The position numbers were made by a program, and so were the translations under genes. The notes under the pieces are model-generated. The model had not been told where the DNA came from. It searched no databases and saw only the letters and a program-made list of their open reading frames with translations. From Rhynchopus sp. YZ270_cl-10 (Eukaryota), in the NCBI GenBank assembly GCA_964035575.1, contig OZ037837.1, positions 992,001-1,056,000 of the forward strand: a stretch of 64,000 nt of DNA, read 5' to 3'. This document shows, piece by piece, positions 44,540 through 54,978 of this stretch. The stretch's first letter is position 1, and each line of letters starts with the position of its first letter.

Positions 44540-47500
44540 CAGGGTCCTCAACCGTAGACAAAGTCTGGCCACAGATTTGTCTAAGTTAAAAAAAAAGGCT
44601 AAAAAAAAATTTTCGCGCTCCGCGCGAAAAGGTCCTGTACAAAGCTAAAAATTGGGGGCTTTTTTTTTTTGTGTTGCTTTTTCGAAACTCGTTAAGTGGT
44701 CTTTTCATTTCAATAGAAGAGTTCGACAAATGAACAATCACACCCCACCCCACCCCTTCGCCCCACCCGTACCCCTAACCCCATTGTCCCCCCAACCTGA
44801 TAAGCATCACACAGAAACTCTAACCTTCTTTCTTTTAAAGGCTTCAAAAATCCTTTGGATTTGGTCAGGCGTAAATTTATTCTCATTTGTCTCTGCCTGT
44901 TTGCACATAAGAATGCATAGCAGACTTGAATCCAGCAGTTTGTTTCTGTAGCTATTCTTGACGTACTTCATGCCGTTGAAGCAGCGCTCGTCTTCAACTG
45001 ATGTGACGGGGATTGACAACCCAAGCAAAACAAGATCCCTCATAATGGGGTAGGCGTCTCCTGCGGAACTTGTCAAGAATGTTGCGATCAGGTCCGAAGT
45101 GTCCTTTGTTGTAGTTCTCTTCGACAAAACGTCCACCAGGATCCTCCATTCTTTCACAGCTACAGCTTTCTTTGTCTCCAGACTGTTCAGTTCTGGCGAC
45201 TCCTCAACGAACGGCGTCGTGTCCACGCTCAGTAACGGCGTTGTTTGAGTGCGCGATATCACAGTATGCTCCGTCTTGGAGTACTCTGGTCTCCCACGCG
45301 TCTTCTCGCCCACAACATCGTACTTTTTGTACTCGAGTGTATGCAGCTCAGTAAATTCCTCGATGAGCTTCTTCACCTCGGTGTTGCCGTAGATCGCCAG
45401 CCCGTCCGCGTTAGCAGGGAGGTTGCGGATGTCGAATACTGAGAAGCATCTCACAATGTCCATGTTCACGAATCGTTCACTGAGGCACTTCAGCAGCTCC
45501 TTGAGGTATGGCTTGCAGACCGTGTCGTGATGAATCGCAAAGTTCCGACGGGAAAGTTTTGTACCGTGGCATTGATTATACCTCGGTACCCATTCTGGGT
45601 AGAACGGGAACATGTTCGGGTTGGTTTCAAGCAACGACAATGACGCAACACATTTGTCGATGTGGCTGCAAACGGTGAGCAGGTTTGTGTTCCTGCTCTG
45701 GAGCGACGTCGACAGCACGTTCAACTCGTCCAGGACCACCGTCATGAAGGACAACGTTGCAAAAAAACCGGGCTCTTTGATGTGCTGCGCGATGAACGGT
45801 GCTTCCACGTCGCCGGCCTCTCCAAGCTTGCACAGGGCGCTGTGCACGGCGGGGTACTCCTTGCGGACGGTGCTGCAACACCTGCCGTTGGTGAGCCACC
45901 GGGTGTCACCCGGCTTTGCGATGAGGATGTCACAGTACTCACACAAGTCGCGAAGTTCCTCCAGCATCTCCTCCAGGGTGTCGAGCTTAATCTTGGATCC
46001 CGAAAAAAAAACCCACACCCACCGCAGGCCGTCGAAGAACCGGGTAATCTCCGGCGATTTCCCCTCTGCCGCTGCTTCTGGGCCACAGAGTGCGAGGGAG
46101 TGTGCGTAGCACCAGGTGAAGAGGGCGCCTGGGTTTATGTCTGCACGGATTTGTTGTTGGCAGCCCTTGTTCGAGGAACGCATTGCCGATGCGCCATCAA
46201 ACGAGCATCCACTCATCTTCCCGTAGTCGAGCCCGAGCTGGTCTATCCACTTCGTCAGCAACGACGCGTAACCAGCCCCCGTCTGGTCCTTCAGCTCACC
46301 CATCATGATGAGCTTCTCGACGGGGGTGGCACCGACCATGTATCGCACGACGAAGACGAGTTGCTCCTTCTTGCTGACGTCGCGTGAGCAATCCCCCGAC
46401 AGGCCCCAGAAACGGGAGGCTTTGACCTGCTTGAGGAGGTCTTCTGTCAACACCTCCGTGATGCAGGACATGATCTCTAAGACTGCACCGCAGCTGAGAT
46501 AGCGTATTTGTTGTCTGAGGTATGCCTCCATGTCGGTGCACTCCAGCTTGTCTGCGAAAAAACTCAGAAACTCCTCCAAGTTAGAGTGCCCTACACCTTT
46601 GCGCGCGAGGAAAACAATAACCTCAATGCATATTTTCAGCATTTTTTGGTTGAACTCGACTTCTTTGTCGCTGTTGGCGTGCAACGTGTGAAGCACGGTT
46701 CCATTGGAAGCCTGCAGAGCGGCAGCCTTCACGAGACGTTGGTGTTTGGGGTCGCCTGCATGCGCAGGGAGGTCTCTGGCGAGCTTGGTCTTTGCATGAG
46801 AGAAAGCACCACAATACAAGCACTTGAACTTGTCTTCACCCACCACCAACCAGGGGGAAAAACGGTTCAAATGGCCCTGCACCGTGCTCTCCCGCAGACC
46901 CATACAACCTTTCTCCTGCGCTTCGCGTTTACGTTTCAGCGTGTTGGTGGAGTCGGTGTTCGCTGGTGCGGTCGTGGTGTTCGTGAGGTTGGGATTGTTC
47001 GTGTTGGAGTGCGTGGGACCTAAGAAGACAACATCGCCGTCAGAAGAGTACTCGTCGACATCATCGATTTCCATTGCTGCCTCGGGTTGCTCGGATGCTG
47101 CGTTGCGTCTCACTGGCACACATTGCTCCTCCTCCTCTTCTTCGGACGTTGAATCCACGTACTTAACAGCACTCACCTGTGGAGCCATCATCACCACACG
47201 TTTCTTCACCTTCTTGCCTTGCGACACCTGGCTCTGCACAGACACGGCAGAGGCATCGCTGTCTCCCCCCTTCTCTGCTTCGTTCATGGCGAACTCATGC
47301 GCCTCCGCAACGATCGTCAGGATCGTCTTCCGCTTGCTCCCCTCCCTGTCGTCGTCCGCCAGTTTGGCGCGATCAAACTCCTTCAACCAGAGTTTGAGCA
47401 CCTTGTTGGTGTCGTTCTGGTGGTTTTTAAACCCCCTCACCGTCCCCTCCGCCACAAGAAAAAGGTGAAGGGAAGCGAGCCGGGGTGTCGGACCATCGGG

Positions 47501-47907
47501 GATGGACTTGTACTTGCCTGAAGACCACAGGTCGTAGTGCGTATCCCCTTTGTTGGGTTCCACCACACGTACCACAGGTGCCGCAACAGCTCCCTTCTTG
47601 AACATGGACACGATGGTGGGCTGTGCTTTGGAGGTCTTGGCAGTGGCAGGCATTTTTGCGGATGAGTTTGTTCAATTGTAGTTAGTCTGAGGTGGCTTGT
47701 GTGGGTGGGTACAATGGGGTCCGCGCAGGTGAGGACTGAGGGAGTCTTGAGGGAACTCATTTTTTTTTTTGTTTTCAGTAAAGCTTCTTCTCTTTCAAAC
47801 CACCCAAAAACCCAAAACCCAGGTTTTGTCTAACTTAGACAAAGCGTTTTTCAAAAAAAAAAAAATTGTCTAAGTTAAGGCCTAACTTAGACAGGTTGAG
47901 GACCCTG
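44540..47907 (-). mobile_element. Complete hAT DNA transposon (3368 bp)
   Basis: 14-bp perfect TIR cagggtcctcaacc / ggttgaggaccctg; 8-bp TSD gttgtatt at 44532-44539 and 47908-47915; subterminal tgtctaagtt motifs. Confidence 0.95.
44807..47653 (-). CDS. hAT transposase (DUF4371/ZMYM-Tip100-like), 948 aa
   Basis: Zn finger CLYC...H...KH; catalytic-type motifs GDCSRD, FDGASAM, WCYAHSL (CxxH), TRW, and C-terminal dimerisation IPVTSVEDERCFNGMKYVK...RNKL. Confidence 0.92.
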   Translation of the reverse strand: MPATAKTSKAQPTIVSMFKKGAVAAPVVRVVEPNKGDTHYDLWSSGKYKSIPDGPTPRLASLHLFLVAEGTVRGFKNHQNDTNKVLKLWLKEFDRAKLADDDREGSKRKTILTIVAEAHEFAMNEAEKGGDSDASAVSVQSQVSQGKKVKKRVVMMAPQVSAVKYVDSTSEEEEEEQCVPVRRNAASEQPEAAMEIDDVDEYSSDGDVVFLGPTHSNTNNPNLTNTTTAPANTDSTNTLKRKREAQEKGCMGLRESTVQGHLNRFSPWLVVGEDKFKCLYCGAFSHAKTKLARDLPAHAGDPKHQRLVKAAALQASNGTVLHTLHANSDKEVEFNQKMLKICIEVIVFLARKGVGHSNLEEFLSFFADKLECTDMEAYLRQQIRYLSCGAVLEIMSCITEVLTEDLLKQVKASRFWGLSGDCSRDVSKKEQLVFVVRYMVGATPVEKLIMMGELKDQTGAGYASLLTKWIDQLGLDYGKMSGCSFDGASAMRSSNKGCQQQIRADINPGALFTWCYAHSLALCGPEAAAEGKSPEITRFFDGLRWVWVFFSGSKIKLDTLEEMLEELRDLCEYCDILIAKPGDTRWLTNGRCCSTVRKEYPAVHSALCKLGEAGDVEAPFIAQHIKEPGFFATLSFMTVVLDELNVLSTSLQSRNTNLLTVCSHIDKCVASLSLLETNPNMFPFYPEWVPRYNQCHGTKLSRRNFAIHHDTVCKPYLKELLKCLSERFVNMDIVRCFSVFDIRNLPANADGLAIYGNTEVKKLIEEFTELHTLEYKKYDVVGEKTRGRPEYSKTEHTVISRTQTTPLLSVDTTPFVEESPELNSLETKKAVAVKEWRILVDVLSKRTTTKDTSDLIATFLTSSAGDAYPIMRDLVLLGLSIPVTSVEDERCFNGMKYVKNSYRNKLLDSSLLCILMCKQAETNENKFTPDQIQRIFEAFKRKKVRVSV

Positions 47908-48449
47908 GTTGTATTAGTGTAGACACCCGAGGATGAACACCACTATACAAAACGCTGCTTTTTTTTAAGTTCTCTTTTTTACCTCATGCCAATTCATGGA
48001 GTACAGTGTATTGGCTTTTTTGTATAGTGCTGATTTATTATGCCTTCGGGAGAACAGAAAAAGCAAGAGGAGGGTGGCTGCAATACAACCCCCAGTGTTG
48101 TGAGCCCGAATTTAAAATGAAACGTTATAAATATTTTATAATGAAAAACTCGCAACACTGACAAAAACCCCCTCCTCCCCATTTTCTTCATTACTGTATG
48201 CTATCGATGCCTTGTCTTCTTTTGTAAATATTTCATACTTCCCCCCCTTTTTTTTTTATCCCTGCCCTTCTTTTTACTTATCCCTCCCTCAACCCCGATT
48301 TCTTCACTTTCCTTGCTTATTTTCCTTTAGCATCACTTTTTTTTTGAAGATTTCATAGAAAAAGAACAAAGCCTTTGCATACACTCCAAAGATGAACCAC
48401 ACTTCTTTTTTTCTCTTCTCTACCTTTTTTCAAAAATTTTAAAAAAATC

Positions 48450-49103
48450 TTACTTTCCTTTTGCTTGACGCTCATTCCTCATCTGTTGCGACTTGGTGAG
48501 GGGTTTCTTGCTACGCTTTTCTGCTTCGGCCTTAAGGTAATCGTCTACTTTAAGCTTTCCTTCTGGGTTGGCACTGGGCCACTTGAGCAGTCCGTCGTGC
48601 TTCTGCGAGCGAGAGACGCGCTCAATCGATGCACCGTACGGGTCAGCCTTGAAGATCTTCTTCATTTCGTATGCGTCCTCTTTGTCGCCGTAGTATTGCT
48701 TGTCGATGTCGTGCACCTTGTAGCCAAGGTTTGTGTGGTACAGCGCTAGCGCCGCCTCGTTCGTACAGCGAACGTGCAGGGAGATGTACTTCCCGCCAAA
48801 CACATCCTCCGCTGCGCGCATCGACTGCTTCATCAGGCCGGTCGCGACACCAAGCTTCCTTGCACTCCTCAACACTGATACACTGGTCACGTGCCCGTGG
48901 TCGACGCTGTTCTCTTCCTCATCCATCTTCGCCATAACGTATCCCTTCATGTTACCGTTAAAGTCCCTGCTCACGTGCAGCATCTGTGGCCACGAGAACG
49001 CGTGGTACAAAAAGTACTTGAACTGGTAGTTCTCTGGCAGGTTCTGCAAGTTGCAGTTCTGCATGTCGATTAGATCTGCCATCCGCGCTTGTCTCACAGG
49101 CAT
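48450..49103 (-). CDS. NAA10: N-alpha-acetyltransferase 10 (NatA catalytic subunit, ARD1)
   Basis: MQNCNLQNLPENYQFKYFLYHAFSWPQ...GYVMAKMDEE...HGHVTSVSV...RKLGVA...SLHVR...YYGDKEDAYEM are the Naa10 signature motifs. Confidence 0.96.
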   Translation of the reverse strand: MPVRQARMADLIDMQNCNLQNLPENYQFKYFLYHAFSWPQMLHVSRDFNGNMKGYVMAKMDEEENSVDHGHVTSVSVLRSARKLGVATGLMKQSMRAAEDVFGGKYISLHVRCTNEAALALYHTNLGYKVHDIDKQYYGDKEDAYEMKKIFKADPYGASIERVSRSQKHDGLLKWPSANPEGKLKVDDYLKAEAEKRSKKPLTKSQQMRNERQAKGK

Positions 49104-49306
49104 TGTAAAAGAAAGGGGGGGGAACGAATGGGGGGTCCTGTGAATGGGGTGGGAGGTGAGGTTCGGGTATTGCTATTTTAAAAAAAAATTGGGTGGTTTG
49201 GCTCTTTGGCAGTACGAAGCTTGGCTGGGGGGGGGCCTAGGGGAGGGTCACTGCACGTTAAATCTCTCGATAAATGCGATTTTTCCGATTTTGATCCTCA
49301 GAACCG

Positions 49307-49977
49307 CAGAAGTCCCCGAAAACTATACCAAACCACCTAGGGGACCCAAAAAACGCACCAGCGCCCCAGTTTTGACACAGAAACACTCAGATAATGCCTG
49401 AAATGCAATTTTAAAAGAGTGCCTACAGAACTTGTACCTGCCCACCCCTGTAGATAGAGCAACTCACACATCCATCACGCCTCAGTGTGTGCCAGGGGCC
49501 AGAAAAGCCCCCAAAGCCACATATTTTCACCCCAGAACCTATCCCGAGGGGTACCCAGCCTGTTTCGGGGTGTTTAGAGGGACTTGGTGGAACTTAGAAC
49601 CATGTTTCAAAAAGGGTACAAGTACTGTGCCAAGGGTTTGCCCTCTCAAGGGACCAAGTATTTGTACCCTTTTTGAAACATGGTTCTAAGTTCCACCAAG
49701 TCCCTCTAAACACCCCGAAACAGGCTGGGTACCCCTCGGGATAGGTTCTGGGGTGAAAATATGTGGCTTTGGGGGCTTTTCTGGCCCCTGGCCCACACTG
49801 AGGCGTGATGGATGTGTGATTTGCTCTATCTACGGGGGGTGGGCAGGTACAAGTTCTGTAGGCATTTTTTAAAAATTGCATTTCAGGCATCATCTGAGTG
49901 TTTCTGTGTCAAAACTGGGGCGCTGGTGCGTTTTTTGGGTCCCCTAGGTGGTTTGGTATAGTTTTCGGGGACTTCTG
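49307..49977. repeat. Foldback palindrome 1 (~320-bp arms, ~30-bp spacer)
   Basis: cagaagtccccgaaaactatacc...gggtacaagtact is mirrored by agtatttgtaccc...ggtatagttttcggggacttctg with scattered mismatches. Confidence 0.92.
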
Positions 49978-50021
49978 TCTAAACTCACTTCTGACTATAG
50001 GGGGGTAGGGGGGGGGGGGGG

Positions 50022-51213
50022 TAGGGGATACGACTCCAGCCATTTTGGCTGGGACCAAACGCACGGAAAATTCATTTGGCATTATCTGGCCATCTCCAAG
50101 GCAACTGCGGGTGAAAAACACCCTCAGAGTGGGTCACAGGGGGCCTGTGGGTCGAAAAACGACCCAGAAGCCACCCCAGAATACAAAAAAATGGAAAAAA
50201 ATAGTGAAAAAACGGCTTTTTTCACGTTTTGGCCACTTTGGGCAAAATAGCGATTTTTCGAGAAAAAAATCAAAAACCGGGATATTTTTTGACATCACAA
50301 AGCCTCCTTTGGCACAAATATACCCCAAAAGTGGCCTGTGAGTCCATTCCAACCTGTTTTGGACATATTTGACACTTTTGGAAGTGTTTTTTTGGTGTTT
50401 TTAGGTCAAAAAAATGCCCAAGACGTCCCCAAGACATCCCCAAGACACTTTGCACACCCCCTGTTACGGTCATATTTTTTTCGTTTTTTTGCCTGAAACC
50501 CCCAAAATACCCCTCCCGGACCCCACATAGTCCCGAATATCCATCACACACCCACTCAGAGTGAGTAGAAGCACCCCAAAAAAAATATTTTTTAAAGCCC
50601 TTCAACTTCAACATGGATGCTGCCGAAACTGAAGCACAATTTTAGGGCTTTAAAAAATATTTTTTTTGGGGTGCTTCTACTCACTCTGAGTGGGTGTGTG
50701 ATGGATATTCGGGACTATGTGGGGTCCGGGAGGGGTATTTTGGGGGTTTCAGGCAAAAAAACGAAAAAAATATGACCGTAACAGGGGGTGTGCAAAGTGT
50801 CTTGGGGATGTCTTGGGGACGTCTTGGGCATTTTTTTGACCTAAAAACACCAAAAAAACACTTCCAAAAGTGTCAAATATGTCCAAAACAGGTTGGAATG
50901 GACTCACAGGCCACTTTTGGGGTATATTTGTGCCAAAGGAGGCTTTGTGATGTCAAAAAATATCCCGGTTTTTGATTTTTTTCTCGAAAAATCGCTATTT
51001 TGCCCAAAGTGGCCAAAACGTGAAAAAAGCCGTTTTTTCACTATTTTTTTCCATTTTTTTGTATTCTGGGGTGGCTTCTGGGTCGTTTTTCGACCCACAG
51101 GCCCCCTGTGACCCACTCTGAGGGTGTTTTTCACCCGCAGTTGCCTTGGAGATGACCAGATAATGCCAAATGAATTTTCCGTGCGCAAAAAATGGCTGGA
51201 GTCGTACCCCCTA
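50022..51213. repeat. Foldback palindrome 2 (~575-bp arms, ~42-bp spacer), TAGGGG...CCCCTA termini
   Basis: Arms are near-perfect reverse complements (identical ORF translations on opposite strands, 50134-50352 and 50893-51111). Confidence 0.93.
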
Positions 51214-51606
51214 GGCATAGTGTGCAGACGAACATTTTTGTTCGTCGACGAACAAAATGTTCGTCGGTTTTGTTCGTCGAGGTTCGTCGACGAACATCGA
51301 CGAACATCGACGAACATCGACGAACATCGACGAACATCGACGAACAAAACCGACGAACAGGTCCCTGCCACAGGGGGGAGGGGGGGAGGGGGGGGGGGGC
51401 CTCCCTTGTGGCAGGGGCCTGTCAATATTGCCCCCCTCCGGAATACCAAAAAAAATAAAAGTGAGAGTTTGTTTTACCCCTATTTCCTTCTACTCGCGCT
51501 TTCTTCGCCACCTTAGCCCTGGCACCTGGCGTTTGCAAGCTTCTGTTTCTCAGAATCCTTAGCCTGCTTGGCTATTTTTTTTTCCCTCCGGTGCTTTTTG
51601 GTTCTT

Positions 51607-51910
51607 GCCCTCATCATTGCGGGGATCACCCCAGCCGCGCTCCTCAACAGAACGGTCACCATCTAACCGCGTTTTTAAAAGCCACTGTGAAAGAGGCGTT
51701 CGGATATGCGTACGCATTTACGACGCTCATTAGTCAATTCTGCTGCCTTGACACGTGGTTGCGTGTCAAGGCAGCGCTGAAGCAGGAGAAGGTGCGAGCA
51801 ACGGACGTTGCGCCTCACACGTGCGGAAACGGATGAGGAGGTGCTGGGCAAGGCCCGTCAGTTCGTGGAGGAAGTGGACGTCGACGCTCAGAACGTTGAG
51901 GTCGTCGCTC
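51607..51910 (+). pseudogene. Abridged direct copy of several internal transposase segments
   Basis: Concatenated matches to ~52829-52853, ~52906-52928, ~53255-53341 and ~53430-53597. Confidence 0.75.
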
Positions 51911-52120
51911 TGCGAAAATCCACAGTAGTAGCCTAAGGGCCACCTTTACTTTCTTCGTTCTTCTCGCGCTTTCTTCGCCATCTCTCTCAACGCTTTTCCT
52001 CTGTGTCTTCATTTACAAGACATGTGCATTTCTAGTGAAATTTCCAACAATTCCTCTTCCTTCCCACACCCCAATGCGGCATCATCAATAAAAACAGATT
52101 CAAAAACCCCCCAAAAAAAA

Positions 52121-54493
52121 ATGTCGAAGCGGAAAAGGGAGCCCAGTAGCAGCGGGAGTGACGAGAGCGAGTCGAGCGATGTGAAGCCCGTGAGGAAGGC
52201 GTCAAGAAAGAAAACAACAAAAAAATCAGCAGCAAAACCTGCAGCAAAACCTGCAGCAAAACCTGCGGAAAAACCAGCAGCAAAACCTGCGGGAAAGGCA
52301 GCAGCAAAACCTGCGGGAAAACCAAGCGCGAAAAGTTCTGCGAAGACGGCAGCAAAACCTTCCCCAAAGACTGGACTGACACCCACAGAAAAGGCCAATG
52401 ACACGAACAAGTTAAAGGCGGACGTCAAGGCCGAGGCTGAAAAGGCGCGACGGAAAAAACCACAGATCACAGCCGACGCGAGGATCCAGGGACTGACAGA
52501 AACCCAGCAGTTTGGCATAGAGGTCAGGGCGGTCAAGGACGTGCCCTTCGAGGTGAGAGAGGGGCTGCTGACCGACGGAATGACGGGGGACGACGAGGTG
52601 CTCTGGTGCACACTTTGTAGCTGTATGATAAAGCACCAAGAAATTACGAGCGTAAAATCCCACGTAGACGGTCGGAACAAGACACACGCGAAGAGGGTGG
52701 AGGAGAAGAAGGGGAAGAAGGAGGAGAAGGCGCAGCAGAAAACGACCAGCGCACCTACCCCAACACCGACTCAAGCCGTATTGACGCCAATTGTTTCCCC
52801 TACGGCGTTCAAAAGAGCATGGGCCCTTGCCCTCATAATTGCGGGCATAACCCATCAGCAGGCATGTATTCTGGCACTGGTGCTCTCGATGTTCGTCACG
52901 CTTCCGCAGCCGCGCTCACTGCTCAATAAAAGCAAACAATTCACGGAGGAAACAATGCAGGCCATTAAAAAAAAATTGTCAGGCAAAACCGTCGCCCTCG
53001 GGATAGACGGCACGGGGGTTCGATACATCGGTATGGCCCTCCTAGCCGTGGTGGGTTTTGTGGGGGGTGAAGCAGTGCTCCTGATGGTTCGAGCTCGTTG
53101 TGACGGTGAACAGGACAGGGGTATGGACGTCGCGAATCTGTTGCACGAAGTTCGCTCATACTATGAACTTGTTCGGAGTACGGTAGTGGCGGACTACGGA
53201 TCGATAAATCTGAGGGGCCTGACGGATGCCGCGGAGGAAATTGCTTGGTGCCTGGGCCATCATCTTAATTCGGTGTTAAAAGTCACTGTGAAGGAGGCGT
53301 TCAAATATGCGTACGCATTTACGACGCTCATAAGCCAATTCTTCGGATGCAAGGCCAGGCGTCGCAGATGGAAATTGTTCCAACTGGCGAAAATCCAGAA
53401 GGAACAGGAGCAGGCGAGTGGCACGAAGGACACGTGGTTGCGTGTGAAGGCAGCGCTGAAGCAGGAGAAGGTGCGAGCACTGCGGTCGTTACTGCGCCTC
53501 ACAGCTGCGGAAACGGATGAGGAGGTGCTGGGCAAGGCCCGTCAGTTCGTGCGGGAGGAAGTGGACGTCGACGCTCAGAACGTTGAGGTCGTCGCTCCCG
53601 CACAGCCGACCTCCACCTCCGACACCCGCTGGGGCGCCGCCATGGATCTCGTGATCCACATCCGGGACCGGGCGGACGTCCTCTTGGAGTTCCTGGACTC
53701 CGAGATGGGCAGAGCGAAAAAACCGGAGACACTCAGGGTGCTGGCCCGGCTGATACAAGAGGGCCACTGGCAGAGGAACGTCGATGACTGCGTATTGCTT
53801 GCTGACTTCCTCCAGCCTGCAATGGGTGTCATCAACAAAATACAGAATCCTTCTCCTGCACAGACCAGCCTCGAAACCCTAGATGAGTACGTGCGCATGA
53901 TGAAGAGCGAAGCTACCTCCCGGCCGCTACAGGATCTGATGGAGAATATGTACAATTCGTGGAAGTCACGCTCCAGGTGGGAGCTGCTGCTAATTTTTGA
54001 GCCAGAGACGGTGTTGATCGGGGATTTCCACGATTTCCCCTGTTTCGACAGCCAGCGCAGCCTGTGGACAGTCGATCTGCACGCGCTGTCAAACGAGGAG
54101 GTGTGGAAGGAGTTCGAGGCATACAGAACTCAGCCTGCCTCAGCTCTGGCTGATGAGGTGTGCGCACTGGATTACTGGTGCAAGAGGGGAACACAGAAGA
54201 AGTTCCCCCTGTTGTCTGCAGCGGTTGTCGCGTGGCTGCGGACACCGCTCTCCGTGACGAGCGTGGACGGAGTGTTCTCCACCGCAGAAGCGGCAAAGAA
54301 CAAGAGGAAGAGCGCGGTGGGGGCCGAAGAGTACGCCCGTCGAGTGTTCCTCAGGAGGTCTGGCGACATTCTGGGGCTTCTCGGTGGGAATAACAAGTAC
54401 CGAGAAGCCCTTGATGCAGACACGATGAGCGATGAGGAGTCGGAAGAAGAGGAATTGGAGTATGACACTGAATACGAAATAGAAATTATCTGA
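52121..54493 (+). CDS. hAT transposase with AAKP-repeat basic N-terminus and CGGBP1-like zinc finger
   Basis: LWCTLCSCMIKHQEITSVKSHVDGRNKTH Zn finger; LGIDGT, VADYGS, WCLGHHLN, TRWG; C-terminal LDYW...FPLLS...LRTPLSVTSVDGVFS. The frame is open from 52022; the MSKRK start at 52121 is a preference. Confidence 0.85.
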   Translation: MSKRKREPSSSGSDESESSDVKPVRKASRKKTTKKSAAKPAAKPAAKPAEKPAAKPAGKAAAKPAGKPSAKSSAKTAAKPSPKTGLTPTEKANDTNKLKADVKAEAEKARRKKPQITADARIQGLTETQQFGIEVRAVKDVPFEVREGLLTDGMTGDDEVLWCTLCSCMIKHQEITSVKSHVDGRNKTHAKRVEEKKGKKEEKAQQKTTSAPTPTPTQAVLTPIVSPTAFKRAWALALIIAGITHQQACILALVLSMFVTLPQPRSLLNKSKQFTEETMQAIKKKLSGKTVALGIDGTGVRYIGMALLAVVGFVGGEAVLLMVRARCDGEQDRGMDVANLLHEVRSYYELVRSTVVADYGSINLRGLTDAAEEIAWCLGHHLNSVLKVTVKEAFKYAYAFTTLISQFFGCKARRRRWKLFQLAKIQKEQEQASGTKDTWLRVKAALKQEKVRALRSLLRLTAAETDEEVLGKARQFVREEVDVDAQNVEVVAPAQPTSTSDTRWGAAMDLVIHIRDRADVLLEFLDSEMGRAKKPETLRVLARLIQEGHWQRNVDDCVLLADFLQPAMGVINKIQNPSPAQTSLETLDEYVRMMKSEATSRPLQDLMENMYNSWKSRSRWELLLIFEPETVLIGDFHDFPCFDSQRSLWTVDLHALSNEEVWKEFEAYRTQPASALADEVCALDYWCKRGTQKKFPLLSAAVVAWLRTPLSVTSVDGVFSTAEAAKNKRKSAVGAEEYARRVFLRRSGDILGLLGGNNKYREALDADTMSDEESEEEELEYDTEYEIEII

Positions 54494-54511
54494 TCCTTAT
54501 TACCGGTTATG

Positions 54512-54978
54512 AGATAATTTCTATTTCGAATTCAGTATTAAGTTACTCCAATTCCTCTTCCAACTCCTCACCGCTCATCGTGTCTGCGTCAAGGGCTTCT
54601 CGGTACTTGCTATTCCCACCGAGAAGCCCCAGAATGTCGCAAGACCTCCTGAGGAACAGTCGGCGGGCGTACTCCAGCCTTCACTGAGCGCGTCCTCTTG
54701 TTCTTTGCCGCTTCTGCGGTGGAGAACACGCCTTCCACGCTCGTCACGGAGAGCGGTGTCCGCAACCCAGCGACAACTTTGACTTTGAGAGACAACTTGG
54801 GGAACTTCGTGTTCCCCTCGCACCAGTAATCCAGTACACACCCCTCATCAGCCATGAGGCAGGCTGATTTCTGTATGCCTTGAACTCGTGCCACACCTCG
54901 TCGTTTGACAGCGCGAGCAGATCTGTTGTCCACAGGATGCGCTGGGTGTCAAAACAGGGGAAATCGTGGAAATCCCCG
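54512..54978 (-). pseudogene. Inverted, diverged copy of the transposase 3' end
   Basis: Reverse complement aligns with 54019-54491 (GDFHDFPCFD...LRTPLSVTSVEGVFSTAEAAKNKR) with frameshifts. Confidence 0.9.
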
